Source: Bacillota bacterium
GTDB taxonomy: Bacteria; Bacillota; Clostridia; Oscillospirales; Oscillospiraceae
Assembly: GCA_030535235.1 (NCBI GenBank)
Contig: JAUNCL010000001.1
Location: forward strand, 13,518-77,517
Direction of reading: 5' to 3'
DNA: 64,000 nt
Positions within the stretch are counted from its first letter, which is position 1, and each line of letters opens with the position of its first letter. Both the position numbers and the translations under genes were made by a program. The notes under the pieces are model-generated. The model had not been told where the DNA came from, ran no database searches, and saw only the letters and a list, made by a program, of their open reading frames with translations. Shown in pieces: positions 9,532-19,341 of the stretch.

Positions 9532-10554
9532 TCACACCGCCTTTAATCGGATGCGGGGATCCAGATAAGCGGAAATCACATCCACCACCAGGTTGACGAG
9601 GACAAACACAATGCCGTACACGATGATGACCCCGGCAATGGCGTTCAGGTCCTTGTTGAGCATAGCCGTCATGCCGTACTTGGACAGGCCGGGCCAGTTG
9701 AAGATGGTCTCGATCATAAATGCGTTGCCCATGAGGGTGGCAAGGTCCATGCCGAGGGTGGAGACCGCCGGGATCACCGAGGGCTTGAGCAGATACTTGC
9801 CTATAATCTTCCACCGGGGAAGCCCGTAGGACTTCATCAGCAGCAGATAATCCCGCCCCTTGTTGTCGGTCATGGCGGAGCGGATGATCCGGGCCTCCTG
9901 GAACATGGGTCCGGCAGCCAGCGCCAGGGCGGGCAGGAAAGCATGGCCCAGCACATTCCAGAAGGCGGGAAGATCCCCCGCCAGCAGGCAGTCAATGGAC
10001 ATGAAGCCGGTGACGGCTGCCGGCGTGACGTACTCGCTGCCCAGCCGCCCGATCACCGGAATGATGGGGTTGATGTAGCCAAAATACAGCACAAAGAGCA
10101 CCGCCAGCACAAAGGAGGGCACCGCCACGCCCACATAGGAGAGCACACGGATGAGGTTGTCCAGGAAGGAATCCTGAAAGGCGGCGGCCAGGGTCCCCAG
10201 CAGGATGGACCCAATGACCAGCATCAGGCCGGCTATCACCACCAACTCCAGGGTCCGGGGCAGGTAGGTGAGGATATCGGCCTTGACTGCGTTTTGGGTG
10301 ATCAGGGACTGGCCCAGGTCGCCGTGGAGGGCGCTTTTCAGCCAGTAGAAATACTGCTGGGGGAAGCTGTCGTTCAGGTGCATCTGCTCCGTCAGGGCCG
10401 CCACCGCCTCCGGCGTGGCCCGGGCTCCCAGGGCGAGACGGGCCGGGTCGCCGGGGACCACTCGGGAGATGACAAAGATCACGATGGAGAGCCCGAAAAT
10501 GACGAATACAGAGATCAGCAGTCGTTTTCCGATGTATTTCAGCACGATCAGCAC
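9532..10554 (-). CDS. Oligo/dipeptide ABC permease (OppB/DppB-like)
   Basis: VVPGDPA, GDLGQS, IETIFNWPGLS, DVISAYLDPRIR. Confidence 0.93.
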   Translation of the reverse strand: MLIVLKYIGKRLLISVFVIFGLSIVIFVISRVVPGDPARLALGARATPEAVAALTEQMHLNDSFPQQYFYWLKSALHGDLGQSLITQNAVKADILTYLPRTLELVVIAGLMLVIGSILLGTLAAAFQDSFLDNLIRVLSYVGVAVPSFVLAVLFVLYFGYINPIIPVIGRLGSEYVTPAAVTGFMSIDCLLAGDLPAFWNVLGHAFLPALALAAGPMFQEARIIRSAMTDNKGRDYLLLMKSYGLPRWKIIGKYLLKPSVIPAVSTLGMDLATLMGNAFMIETIFNWPGLSKYGMTAMLNKDLNAIAGVIIVYGIVFVLVNLVVDVISAYLDPRIRLKAV

Positions 10555-10572
10555 CCTCCCGGGAATCGAAGT

Positions 10573-12201
10573 TTAAGAGACATATTGGAAGTCGCGGATA
10601 TACAGGTCATAGCCTGCCGTGGCGGTGAAGGGCTCCCCATTCTTGTGGGCCTCTGCCGCAGGCCAGACAAGGTAGTCCTGATAGGCCCGCTTGGCCGCCG
10701 CGTCGTACAGGAAGATGGAGGGAGCCAGGTCCACCAGCTCCTTCTGGATCTCCCCGTACTTCTCCATACGGGCGGCGTAGTCGGTGGTGGCGATGGCATC
10801 CTCAATCGCCGCGTCGATCTCGTCGCTGCACAGCCACTCGGCCTGCTCCCAGGTACCGGTGGAGCTGGAGTGATACTTGGACTCCAGCACGGAGCCGGCC
10901 TCGTCATAGTAGGGGTCCACGTGGACGATGGTGATGTTGGGGGTGTCCTCCACGGTGGCCACCAGGTCCACGAAGCTGGCCCAGGGCACGGACTTCACCT
11001 CTACGGTGATGCCGATCTCAGCGGCGTTCTGCTTCAGCAGAAGCGCCAGCTTTTCCTCGTCGGGCACGTCGGTGACCCAATAGAGGGTGACGGGATGGCT
11101 GTCCAAATCGTCTGCATACTTGGACTGGGCCAGCTCCTCCCGGGCCTTGTCCAGGTCCTGCTTTACCTCGGGCAGATCGGCGTTCCAGCCGGCCAGCACC
11201 GAGGAGATGGGGCCGTTGGGCACCTGGGAGCCGGGGAAGATGGTCTGGATGGTCTCGTAGTCCAGGCAGTAGGACAGGGCCTTTCGGAAGTGGATATCAT
11301 CGGTGGGGGCGCTCTGGGTGTTGAGCATCATGTACATCAGATGGCCGGTCATGTAGGTGTTGACGTCGATCCCGTCGATGGCGTCCAGGGCGGTGATAGA
11401 GGCCTCCGTCTGCCAGGAGTCGGAAATGTCGATCTGCCGGTTGGACATCATGGAGCGGATGGTGGCGGCCTCGGCCTGGTTGATGATCTCAAAGCCCTCG
11501 GGGGCGTTTTCACCAAACCCGTTCCAGTAGTCATCGAAGCGGGTGGCCTTGTAGCTCTCCTGGATGGCCACTTCCTGGGTCATGTAGGGGCCGCTGCCGG
11601 CGTCGTGGGTCAGCAGGTAGTTCTTGCCGTAGTCGCCGTGCTCGCCATAGGGGCCTTCCGCCAGGTTGGCCTCCACCACAGCCTCCTCCAGGATATACAC
11701 CCGGCAGAGGGTGGACAGGAACGGACCGTAGGTGTTGTTCAGGGTGATCACCAGGGTCTGGTCATCGATGGCCTCCGCAGAGGCGATGCGGTTGGAGAAC
11801 AGGTAGGCGTAACCCTCGCCAATGTCAATCAGTCGGTGGAGGGAGTAGGCCACGTCGCTGGCCTTCAGGGGGTTGCCGCTGTGGAACTTCACGCCCTCCC
11901 GGATGTGGAAGGTCCAGGTCAGACCGTCGGGAGAGGTCTCCCAGCTCTCCGCAACGGAGGGGGCGGGTTCGCCGCTGCTGGTGGGGAAAACCAGGGTGTC
12001 GTAAATGTTGACAAAAACCTCCACGCTGGCGGAGTCGGAGCCCACAGCGGGGTCGATGACCGGCGCGCCGGACTCCGCGATGCGAACGATCCGGTCGGCG
12101 GAGGGGGTGTTGCCGACAGTCTCCTGCTGGGCCGGCTTGGCACCGCAGCCGGACAGAATCAGCAACAGGGCCAGAGACAGTGTGATTAGGCGGTGTTTCA
12201 T
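10573..12201 (-). CDS. Family-5 solute-binding lipoprotein (OppA/DppA-like)
   Basis: Lipobox LILSGC, NIYDTLV, AESWETSPDGLTWTFHIREGVKFHSG, AGSGPY. Confidence 0.93.
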   Translation of the reverse strand: MKHRLITLSLALLLILSGCGAKPAQQETVGNTPSADRIVRIAESGAPVIDPAVGSDSASVEVFVNIYDTLVFPTSSGEPAPSVAESWETSPDGLTWTFHIREGVKFHSGNPLKASDVAYSLHRLIDIGEGYAYLFSNRIASAEAIDDQTLVITLNNTYGPFLSTLCRVYILEEAVVEANLAEGPYGEHGDYGKNYLLTHDAGSGPYMTQEVAIQESYKATRFDDYWNGFGENAPEGFEIINQAEAATIRSMMSNRQIDISDSWQTEASITALDAIDGIDVNTYMTGHLMYMMLNTQSAPTDDIHFRKALSYCLDYETIQTIFPGSQVPNGPISSVLAGWNADLPEVKQDLDKAREELAQSKYADDLDSHPVTLYWVTDVPDEEKLALLLKQNAAEIGITVEVKSVPWASFVDLVATVEDTPNITIVHVDPYYDEAGSVLESKYHSSSTGTWEQAEWLCSDEIDAAIEDAIATTDYAARMEKYGEIQKELVDLAPSIFLYDAAAKRAYQDYLVWPAAEAHKNGEPFTATAGYDLYIRDFQYVS

Positions 12202-12281
12202 GATACGCTCCTCTTTTCTTTACCTTTTGTTTCTTCCTTTTCAATACGGTGTCACAGGGCTTTCCGAGGGCGGCCGGACAG

Positions 12282-12310
12282 AAAAAAGCCCGGGAATGTG
12301 GCTCCCGGAC
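12282..12310 (-). terminator. Intrinsic terminator inside the leader of the ABC operon
   Basis: Minus GTCCGGGAG-CCACA-TTCCCGGGC-TTTTTT: 9-bp stem plus T6, between the promoter and the first gene. Confidence 0.75.
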
Positions 12311-12434
12311 TGCATATGTCGGCTCTCTCAGGATGAACGGCAGACGGTGGACGCGGCAAATGGGGAAATGGCTCTGCATCCTGGCCCACGCTTCTCTTTC
12401 CTAAACCCTATTTTACCGATTGGTTGTAAAAATC

Positions 12435-12463
12435 ATTATAGGACTCCGCCACTGTCTTGTCAA
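12435..12463 (-). promoter_or_regulatory. sigmaA promoter of the ABC/amidohydrolase operon
   Basis: Exact TTGACA-N17-TATAAT on the minus strand. Confidence 0.85.
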
Positions 12464-12501
12464 TCCCGTTTTGGTGAAAACGAGAGCCGGCTTACATTGT
12501 G

Positions 12502-12718
12502 TGAATATTCCGTCCCGCGGAGCACTGCGAATCCGTTAAAACGGAAACCGCTCCTCAACTCCCCTATCATGCAGCTATGCGTTCTGCGCAAATACGTTAT
12601 AGGTGCATTCCTCTAACTCGTAAAACGCGCCAATCGAAAACAGAACGTCGCCAAAATCCATCAAAATCTGTGCTTTTCTATCCTTTTTTCATGGGAGGAA
12701 TGCGATATTGCGGCACAT
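12502..12718. repeat. Copy 1 of a diverged direct repeat (partner at 33687-33925)
   Basis: Shared blocks TGAATATTCCGTCCCGCGG, CTCCCCTATCATGCAGCT.TGCG.TCTGCGCAAATACGTTATAGG.GCATTCCT and GGAATGC.ATATTGCGGCACAT, in the same orientation. Confidence 0.9.
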
Positions 12719-12966
12719 GCCACCCCAAGAAGCATGGTCATTCAGCACCACGGTAGGCGAACCGCAAGTGCTCAAGTACTTGCGCCACAGTCGTTTCCAA
12801 GGCGGCAAATTGTTGACGCTGTATGATTTGAGGACTTTTACAGCAATTGTGAACCCGACACAAGCTGTCACCAATCAACATTTTTAAAGCCGCACAGAGA
12901 AGATCATCACCCGGTTCGGAAACATCAGTCAAAAACCACATGCTGCTTTCAAACCTATGCCTTTGC

Positions 12967-14430
12967 TTACCACGTCAGGTTGCAGCACAGTACAAGACTG
13001 AAAATGGCGTACAGCCCAGTCAGTCCAACCACGCCTTTCCTGAACAGGCACTTCCTGTTTTGCGGTATTTCCTCCCACCATTTCGCCAGAAATACCGCAC
13101 CGATCAGGGCAGTTGGCACAACATACCGAAAATCCATGGTACAGCCAAAGGGATATTGGATGTTGAAATTAATATAGGACCCCATCAACACCAGCCAGAA
13201 GCAGATCAAGACTGTCCATTGAGCCGTGCGATGCCGGATCAACACAAGAGCCATTGCCGCAAGGCTGAGCAGGATCAGCAGCAGATTGATAAGAATCAGC
13301 AGACCCGGGATAACTTTCCCCATGTTAAACGAAAATTCGCCAAATAATGATCCCTTTAACAAGTAGGACCATACATTGTAATCTTCAAATGGATGGTCGT
13401 AAATCTCAAAGTTTTTGATCAGCCCGAATCGTTCCCAAAGGCTATAGCCTCCACAATAAACCTCCGATTCCTCTGATATCCGCAGCACGTAATTGAACGG
13501 CTGTTGGAACAGGATTAGGTTCCGAATGGGATACCACAGCCCCAGCGGGAAGGCGATCAGGCCAAAGACGACGAATTGCCGGATAATCGGCAGCCCATTC
13601 TTTTCCCGGAGGCGGCGGTACAGGACCAGAATCATCACGCAGCCGGTGACCAGGGCAAACACGCCGACAGAGATCTTCGTCATCATACCCAGGCCAAAGC
13701 AGAGAGCCAGCTTCACCAGCGCTCCCCATTCCTGCCGCTTATACCACCGGAGCGTGTAGTACAGAATGGCCGTCATGAACATGACCGCCAACGAATCGTT
13801 GTTCACACGACCGGCCAGGAGATAGTGGTTGGGCAGGAAGGCCGCCAGGCTAACAGCGATCAATGTCGCCTCGTCGCTCAGGCGCAACTGCCGGCACAGA
13901 TTGCGGGCATAGAACAACGTCACAATAGACGCAGCACAGGATACGGTCTTAGCTGCTTCCAGCAACTGTCCGGGATCGGAAAAGCCGCTCAGCGCCCGGT
14001 AGCAAGCCATCGCAATGGCAGAAAGCGCATGGAAAAGCGGGGGGTGATAGAACTGGTAACTGTTGTTGGGCGGCAGCTCTCCCTGCAGCAGATGCAGAAT
14101 ATAGGCCACGTGGCCGTTGCTGTCCAAAGAGCACTTCCCCAAATCATGACCCCGCACGTATGCCGGGGTATAAAGCATGTATCCCACACGCATCAGAATC
14201 CCCAGCACGAGAATCAGCCACAGGAAGATCTCGCTTCGGTCCAGTTCCGGATGCGTCAGCATGATCCAGACCGCGGCGCCAACCATGATCAATACCCCAA
14301 CCTGCATGAGCAGTTGGATCGTCAGTGTGTGGGTTGCCAAAACAGTGGTGAATACTGCGTAAAAAGCGATCAGCATCAGCAGGCAGGAGCCTGCCGCTGC
14401 AATTCTTTCAACGTTTTCTTGCTTCTTCAT
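12967..14430 (-). CDS. GT-C fold integral membrane glycosyltransferase (GT39/ArnT/PMT-like)
   Basis: Multiple TM segments, [31 protein letters not shown]. Confidence 0.75.
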   Translation of the reverse strand: MKKQENVERIAAAGSCLLMLIAFYAVFTTVLATHTLTIQLLMQVGVLIMVGAAVWIMLTHPELDRSEIFLWLILVLGILMRVGYMLYTPAYVRGHDLGKCSLDSNGHVAYILHLLQGELPPNNSYQFYHPPLFHALSAIAMACYRALSGFSDPGQLLEAAKTVSCAASIVTLFYARNLCRQLRLSDEATLIAVSLAAFLPNHYLLAGRVNNDSLAVMFMTAILYYTLRWYKRQEWGALVKLALCFGLGMMTKISVGVFALVTGCVMILVLYRRLREKNGLPIIRQFVVFGLIAFPLGLWYPIRNLILFQQPFNYVLRISEESEVYCGGYSLWERFGLIKNFEIYDHPFEDYNVWSYLLKGSLFGEFSFNMGKVIPGLLILINLLLILLSLAAMALVLIRHRTAQWTVLICFWLVLMGSYINFNIQYPFGCTMDFRYVVPTALIGAVFLAKWWEEIPQNRKCLFRKGVVGLTGLYAIFSLVLCCNLTW

Positions 14431-15970
14431 GCTGTACCTCTTCGTGATACTCCGATCCGGTATTCACGTTCCACACGCTCTGCTTGTCATAAGAACCGGA
14501 GACGATGGACTGCACCGCCGCGAAGGCCGTCTCCATGGAGTGGTCCATGTTGTTGTAGCGGTGCTGGCCGTTGCGGCCCACACAGAACAGGTTTTGGATG
14601 CCGTCCAGATACTCCCGCAGCTCACCCAGCCGTTCGTAAGTATCAAAGTAGGCCGGATAGGCCTTCCTGACCCGCTCCCTGTGCCAGTCCAGCACCTTGC
14701 TGTTTTCGTCCAGCACGCCGATCTGCTTTAGTTCTCTGACGCTCAGTTCTCCGCATTCCTGTTCGGAGAGGTTCCAGAAATCGTCACCCTCCTCACAGAA
14801 GAATTCCACGCCCAGCCAGACGGTGTCTTCCGGCTTTTCCACCAGATAGGGGGACCAGTTATTGAACACCTGGATGCGGCCCATCTTCACGCCGGTGTCC
14901 TGCACGTAGATCCAGCAATCCGGAATGATGTTGTTCATCGTCAGCAGCTTCGTCTCGTTCTGCAGAGCCAGCCGGTCCACCAGAATACCCATGGTGACGA
15001 AATCCCGGTAGGGCAGACCCTCGGCGACATCCCGAATCTCCTGGGGCACATCGTCCATTCCCGACACCAGGTCTTTCAGCGGCATGGAAGAGATCACGAT
15101 CTCGCCGTCGTAGAGCCGGCCGCCGGCTTCCACGCCCACCGCTTTTCCATTTTCCACCCGAATCTTGTCCACGCAGGCGTGGCGCACCAGCTTTCCGCCC
15201 ATGCGCTCTACCTCTGCCGCAGTGGTCTCCCACAGCTGACCGGGGCCGAACTTGGGATAGCGGAAGGATTCGATCAGCGATGTCTCCACATGGCCGGTGT
15301 CCTTGCTGCCGAAGGTCTTCCGAAACACATCCGCAATCAAAGCGCGGATAGACAGGCCCTTGACCCGCTGGGCGCCCCAGTCCGGAGCAATAGCGCTGGG
15401 ATGCCGGCCCCACAGCTTCTCCGTGTAGCCCTCAAAGAACATGGAGTAGAGCACTTTTCCGAACCGGTTGATGTAAAAGTCCTCCAGAGAGCGTTCTTCC
15501 CGCTTGAATATAGTCCCCCACAGGTAACTGCAACCTGCCCGTACGGTGGTGACAAGTCCCATATTGATGAAGGTCTGGGGCTTCATGGACAGCGGATAAT
15601 CAAAAAAATGCCGCTGATAGTAGATGCGGGATACGCGGTTTCGCATCAGCATCACCCGGTCCTCTTTGTCCGGATCCGGGCCGTTTTCTGCCACTGCGCA
15701 GGGACGGCCCAAGACCTTGTCATCGTAAGACGGTGAACCCTGATCGGGCATCATGTCTTCCCACCACTTGCAGACCTGGGGATCCTTTGAGAAGAATCGG
15801 TGGCCGCCGATATCCATGCGGTTGCCGCCGTGGCAGACCGTGCGGGAGATACCACCCACTGTTCCACTCTCCTCCAGGACCGTCACATCATAGTCCTCGC
15901 CGCTGCGCAGCAGTTCATAAGCTGCGGTCAGACCAGCCGGACCTGCGCCGATAATCACAACTTTTTTCAT
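14408..15970 (-). CDS. FAD-dependent oxidoreductase of the Glf/HemY superfamily (UDP-sugar mutase-like)
   Basis: IIGAGPAGL Rossmann motif, [39 protein letters not shown]. Confidence 0.8.
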   Translation of the reverse strand: MKKVVIIGAGPAGLTAAYELLRSGEDYDVTVLEESGTVGGISRTVCHGGNRMDIGGHRFFSKDPQVCKWWEDMMPDQGSPSYDDKVLGRPCAVAENGPDPDKEDRVMLMRNRVSRIYYQRHFFDYPLSMKPQTFINMGLVTTVRAGCSYLWGTIFKREERSLEDFYINRFGKVLYSMFFEGYTEKLWGRHPSAIAPDWGAQRVKGLSIRALIADVFRKTFGSKDTGHVETSLIESFRYPKFGPGQLWETTAAEVERMGGKLVRHACVDKIRVENGKAVGVEAGGRLYDGEIVISSMPLKDLVSGMDDVPQEIRDVAEGLPYRDFVTMGILVDRLALQNETKLLTMNNIIPDCWIYVQDTGVKMGRIQVFNNWSPYLVEKPEDTVWLGVEFFCEEGDDFWNLSEQECGELSVRELKQIGVLDENSKVLDWHRERVRKAYPAYFDTYERLGELREYLDGIQNLFCVGRNGQHRYNNMDHSMETAFAAVQSIVSGSYDKQSVWNVNTGSEYHEEVQHEEARKR

Positions 15971-16002
15971 AGTTCTCTCTCCCGAATTCTATATTGGCCC
16001 GC

Positions 16003-16413
16003 TTATCTCCGATAGATCCAGAGTTTCCGGACAAAATAATTCCATGCAAACACCAGAATAGTTGCGAAGATCTTTCCTGCTATCTTCGCCAGCCCCACCA
16101 TCTGGACAAACAGGTACATCAGCAGCAGATTGAGCAGCAGACCGATTACGCTGACCGCGTAGATCTTCGCAAGCTCCTGCAAAACGTGCTGCTTTTCCGC
16201 GCCCCGAAACGTCAGGAGCCGTCCCGCCAGCCAGTTGGCGGCGGTGGAGATGGAAAAGGCCAGCACGGTGGACATCAAATAGTGGATATGTGCCTGATAG
16301 GAAAACATGTAAAAGCAGACCCACTCCACAATCGTTGCAATCCCGCCAACGACTAAATAGGAGAACATCTGGCGAAACCCCTGGCTGTTCAACAGTATCT
16401 TCAAGTTCATCAT
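16003..16413 (-). CDS. GtrA-family flippase
   Basis: About 136 aa, 4 TM segments, YLVVGGIATIVEW, WNYFVRKLWIY. Confidence 0.85.
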   Translation of the reverse strand: MMNLKILLNSQGFRQMFSYLVVGGIATIVEWVCFYMFSYQAHIHYLMSTVLAFSISTAANWLAGRLLTFRGAEKQHVLQELAKIYAVSVIGLLLNLLLMYLFVQMVGLAKIAGKIFATILVFAWNYFVRKLWIYRR

Positions 16414-16584
16414 GTACCCATCTCTCTGTTACAATTTCCTGCTGGTTTATAAAATGCGGTTAAAGCCAGCGGATAATCAAGTCCCAGCACAATTCCATAA
16501 GGCAGGCCGCCGTGCAGTTCGATAACCGGAACCATGAAAGCAGGGGGCTTAGCCAGTTTTCCAACTGTGGTTGCTGTTAGATTT

Positions 16585-17790
16585 TCAAGTATTTCTTTTT
16601 CCTGTGCAGGGGATTCCTTCTTGTGTTTTTTCTATCATACCGGGTTGATACTCTTTTTTCAAAAAATAGATATATGCACAGTATAAAAACAGGTTTGCAC
16701 ATGTTAAGAAAGACCAGTTTCCGGAAATCCCAAATAAATATATTCCGTATGTATTCATGCTGATGGCAAGCAAACCCGTACACAGAGGGATCGTCTTCGG
16801 GATCAAGATTGCTAAAATAATTGCCAATACTTCGTACAGATATCCGTATCGTTCGTGCATGGACGGCAAGAATAGTACGCACGTATACACCAGCAGGAAC
16901 GCCATCATCCACAGATTCTTCCCTGTTGGCGCGTAAGCTTTCCTGATCCACCAAACCATCAGCATTGCCAAAACAAATACTGCCACAATAATGGCAGCAT
17001 TTTTCAGGTATGCATATTGTGTCTGTTCCTGCGCCTGACACAAAAGCAGCCACGGAGACGGGTAATTCATTGACATCGCCTGATACGTACCGGTTTGATT
17101 GAAATAAATTTTAACTACCTCAGTCAGACTTCTCCCCCACAGGACGATGGGCGATGACAAAATCGCCATGGTACAAGGAACAAGCAAAAACCGGGCGGCA
17201 GAAAACTTCCGCTCCGTGAAATACACAAACAGGAAGAGCGGCAGTACAAATACAGCCTGCAGCTTAAATGCAAAACTGACCCCCAAAAAACACATCGCCT
17301 TGTTATACTGTTTTCTTTCCAAATGCAGGATAGCCAACAGTGCAAAAGCACTGTAAATCGCATCGCATTGTGCCCATGCCGCCGAGTTCAGAAAAACGAT
17401 AGGAGACAGCAGCACCGCGCAATATGCAAGGCACCCGGCCCATTCTCTCTCTTGCGTTGAGATGCGGCGAACGATCACGCCGGCAGTAATTGCAAGGACC
17501 CAGTCAAAAACGCACGAACAGATCTTATACGCATATAGAGAGGGGATCTGTATTTTAGTCAATATCCAGATGATGAATTGATAGAGGAAATTGTAGTCGC
17601 CAACCTGTTGGGACAATCCGTTGGCGGAGATCAAGTTATACCACGGCAGCAGAAAGATATTGTAATCGTCGCTGACGATCTCCCGCAGCGAAACCCGGAC
17701 GGCAATTCCCAAAAGCGTACACAAAGCCGCCAGCAAAAGCGGAAGGTGCCGGTCCGCGAAATCAAGAATTCTCTTTTCAAATTTGGTCAT
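16585..17790 (-). CDS. GT-C fold membrane glycosyltransferase (mannosyltransferase/GT87-like)
   Basis: Polytopic membrane protein with SDDY, GDYN, NSAAWAQCDAIY, FKLQA and HERY motifs. Lower GC than its neighbours. Confidence 0.65.
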   Translation of the reverse strand: MTKFEKRILDFADRHLPLLLAALCTLLGIAVRVSLREIVSDDYNIFLLPWYNLISANGLSQQVGDYNFLYQFIIWILTKIQIPSLYAYKICSCVFDWVLAITAGVIVRRISTQEREWAGCLAYCAVLLSPIVFLNSAAWAQCDAIYSAFALLAILHLERKQYNKAMCFLGVSFAFKLQAVFVLPLFLFVYFTERKFSAARFLLVPCTMAILSSPIVLWGRSLTEVVKIYFNQTGTYQAMSMNYPSPWLLLCQAQEQTQYAYLKNAAIIVAVFVLAMLMVWWIRKAYAPTGKNLWMMAFLLVYTCVLFLPSMHERYGYLYEVLAIILAILIPKTIPLCTGLLAISMNTYGIYLFGISGNWSFLTCANLFLYCAYIYFLKKEYQPGMIEKTQEGIPCTGKRNT

Positions 17791-17806
17791 AGACGCTCCT
17801 TATTGC

Positions 17807-18223
17807 TCATACAGATCGCTTTCCCCGAAACGCAAAGAACCGCTGCCCCAGGTAATTCAGGCCGGTATACAGGCACATGCCCACCAGCATCGCTATATTC
17901 TCCTGAACGCGCACAGCCTGTCCTTCCAAAAGCCGCATCACAAGGGGCTTTGCCAGACCGTATCCCAGCAGGTAGCATACTGCGACATTGAGCGCGAATT
18001 TCCACACCTGTGCCCATTCCCACTTTTTGTTCTCAAACGTAAAATATTTGTTCAGGAAAAAGCTCACGATCCCGCCGACAATATAGTTGGCGGCAGAAGA
18101 AACCCAGTAGGAGCAGTGGGCCAGATTATACAGCAGGAACATTGTCCCGCAACCAACCAACGTGTTAAACACGCCTACGATCAAAAACTTGAAAAGTGTG
18201 TTATCCTTCCAGTTTATCCTCAT
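17807..18223 (-). CDS. GtrA-family flippase
   Basis: FLIVGVFNTLVG, SFFLNKYFTF, NYLGQRFFAF. The GTG start overlaps the upstream stop. Confidence 0.87.
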   Translation of the reverse strand: MRINWKDNTLFKFLIVGVFNTLVGCGTMFLLYNLAHCSYWVSSAANYIVGGIVSFFLNKYFTFENKKWEWAQVWKFALNVAVCYLLGYGLAKPLVMRLLEGQAVRVQENIAMLVGMCLYTGLNYLGQRFFAFRGKRSV

Positions 18224-19188
18224 ACGCGGCCCTCAGAGTTCTTATCATCGAGAATTTCACGGATAATGAAGCGGGGACGGTCCTTCGTCTCCAGATAGAT
18301 CTTTCCGATATATTCTCCGATCACGCCGAGAGACAGCAGGATCAGGCTGCCGATGGCCCACACGGAGCAGATCACACTGGCCCAGCCCGCCACGGTATTG
18401 CCCGCAAACCATTGTACGATAAAATGAATCAGCATCAGGATGCTGATGGCGAAAATCAGAAAGCCCAGCGCCGTGATACACTGCAGCGGCTTTGTGGACA
18501 GGGACGTAATACCCTCCGCCGCAAAAGCCAGCATTTTCTTCAGCGGATACTTGCTCTCGCCCGCGAAGCGCTCTCCCCGCTCATACTCCACCACGCCGGT
18601 CTGATAGCCGATCATAGGCACGATGCCCCGCAGGAAAAGATTCACTTCCTTGAACTGGGCAAGGCCCTCCAGGGTCCGTTTGGACATCAGGCGGTAGTCC
18701 GCGTGGTTGAACACCGTATCAGCACCCAAAAAGCTCATGGCGCGGTAAAAGCTCTCTGCGGTGAATTTTTTGAAGAACGTGTCCTGCTCCCGCGAAGATC
18801 GCACGCCGTACACAATGTCGCAGCCGGCATAGAACTTGTCTATCATCTCGTCCACCGCGCCGATGTCATCCTGCAGGTCCGCGTCCATGGAGATGACCAT
18901 GTCGGCTCTCTCTTTCGCCGTCATCAACCCAGCCAGCAGAGCATTCTGATGGCCCCGGTTCCGGGAGAGATCCACGCCAGAGAATAACGAGTCCTCTTTA
19001 TGTAATTTGCGGATGATGGGCCAGGTCTGGTCCGTCGAACCATCGTTGACAAACAGGACGCGGCTCTCCGGACTGATTTTACCGGACTCTATCAAGCAGT
19101 TCATCTTGTCTTTCAGCCGCCGTGCCGTTTCCGGTAAGACCTCCTGCTCTTTGTAGCAGGGGACCACGATATAAAGAATCGAATTCAT
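18220..19188 (-). CDS. GT2 polyprenol-phosphate glycosyltransferase (GtrB-like)
   Basis: VVPCYKEQE, VNDGSTD, SRNRGHQNAL, SMDADLQD, ADYRLMS, two C-terminal TM segments, GEYIGKIYLETKDRP. Confidence 0.92.
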   Translation of the reverse strand: MNSILYIVVPCYKEQEVLPETARRLKDKMNCLIESGKISPESRVLFVNDGSTDQTWPIIRKLHKEDSLFSGVDLSRNRGHQNALLAGLMTAKERADMVISMDADLQDDIGAVDEMIDKFYAGCDIVYGVRSSREQDTFFKKFTAESFYRAMSFLGADTVFNHADYRLMSKRTLEGLAQFKEVNLFLRGIVPMIGYQTGVVEYERGERFAGESKYPLKKMLAFAAEGITSLSTKPLQCITALGFLIFAISILMLIHFIVQWFAGNTVAGWASVICSVWAIGSLILLSLGVIGEYIGKIYLETKDRPRFIIREILDDKNSEGRV

Positions 19189-19263
19189 TTTCCTTTCGAG
19201 GCGCGTGGGAATTCCCCCTTCTCTGTTTTATGGAAACAGGCATTGCGCCTGCTAATCTTTTGG

Positions 19264-19294
19264 AAAAGGACCGGGGGTTTCCCCGGTCCTTTTT
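19264..19294. terminator. Bidirectional intrinsic terminator directly after the small peptide gene
   Basis: AAAAGGACCGGGG-GTTT-CCCCGGTCCTTTT. Confidence 0.85.
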
Positions 19295-19341
19295 CTGCAA
19301 TCGTGCGTTGAATCGGCAGCTTAGTCGGCGGTGTTGTCGGG

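Noticed and set aside
4878-12189. Very long plus-strand ORFs (807 aa, 748 aa, 315 aa)
   Set aside because: Antisense open frames caused by high GC3 in the real minus-strand genes; no recognisable motifs or RBS.
12240-12420. Assignment of the ABC-operon leader to PyrR site, T-box or TPP riboswitch
   Set aside because: Only short partial matches (ATCCTGAGAGAGCC, CTGAGA); the diagnostic conserved blocks are missing.
12719-12900. Short plus ORF MPPQEAWSFSTTVGEP... after repeat copy 1
   Set aside because: No recognisable family, and copy 2 is not followed by a similar ORF.
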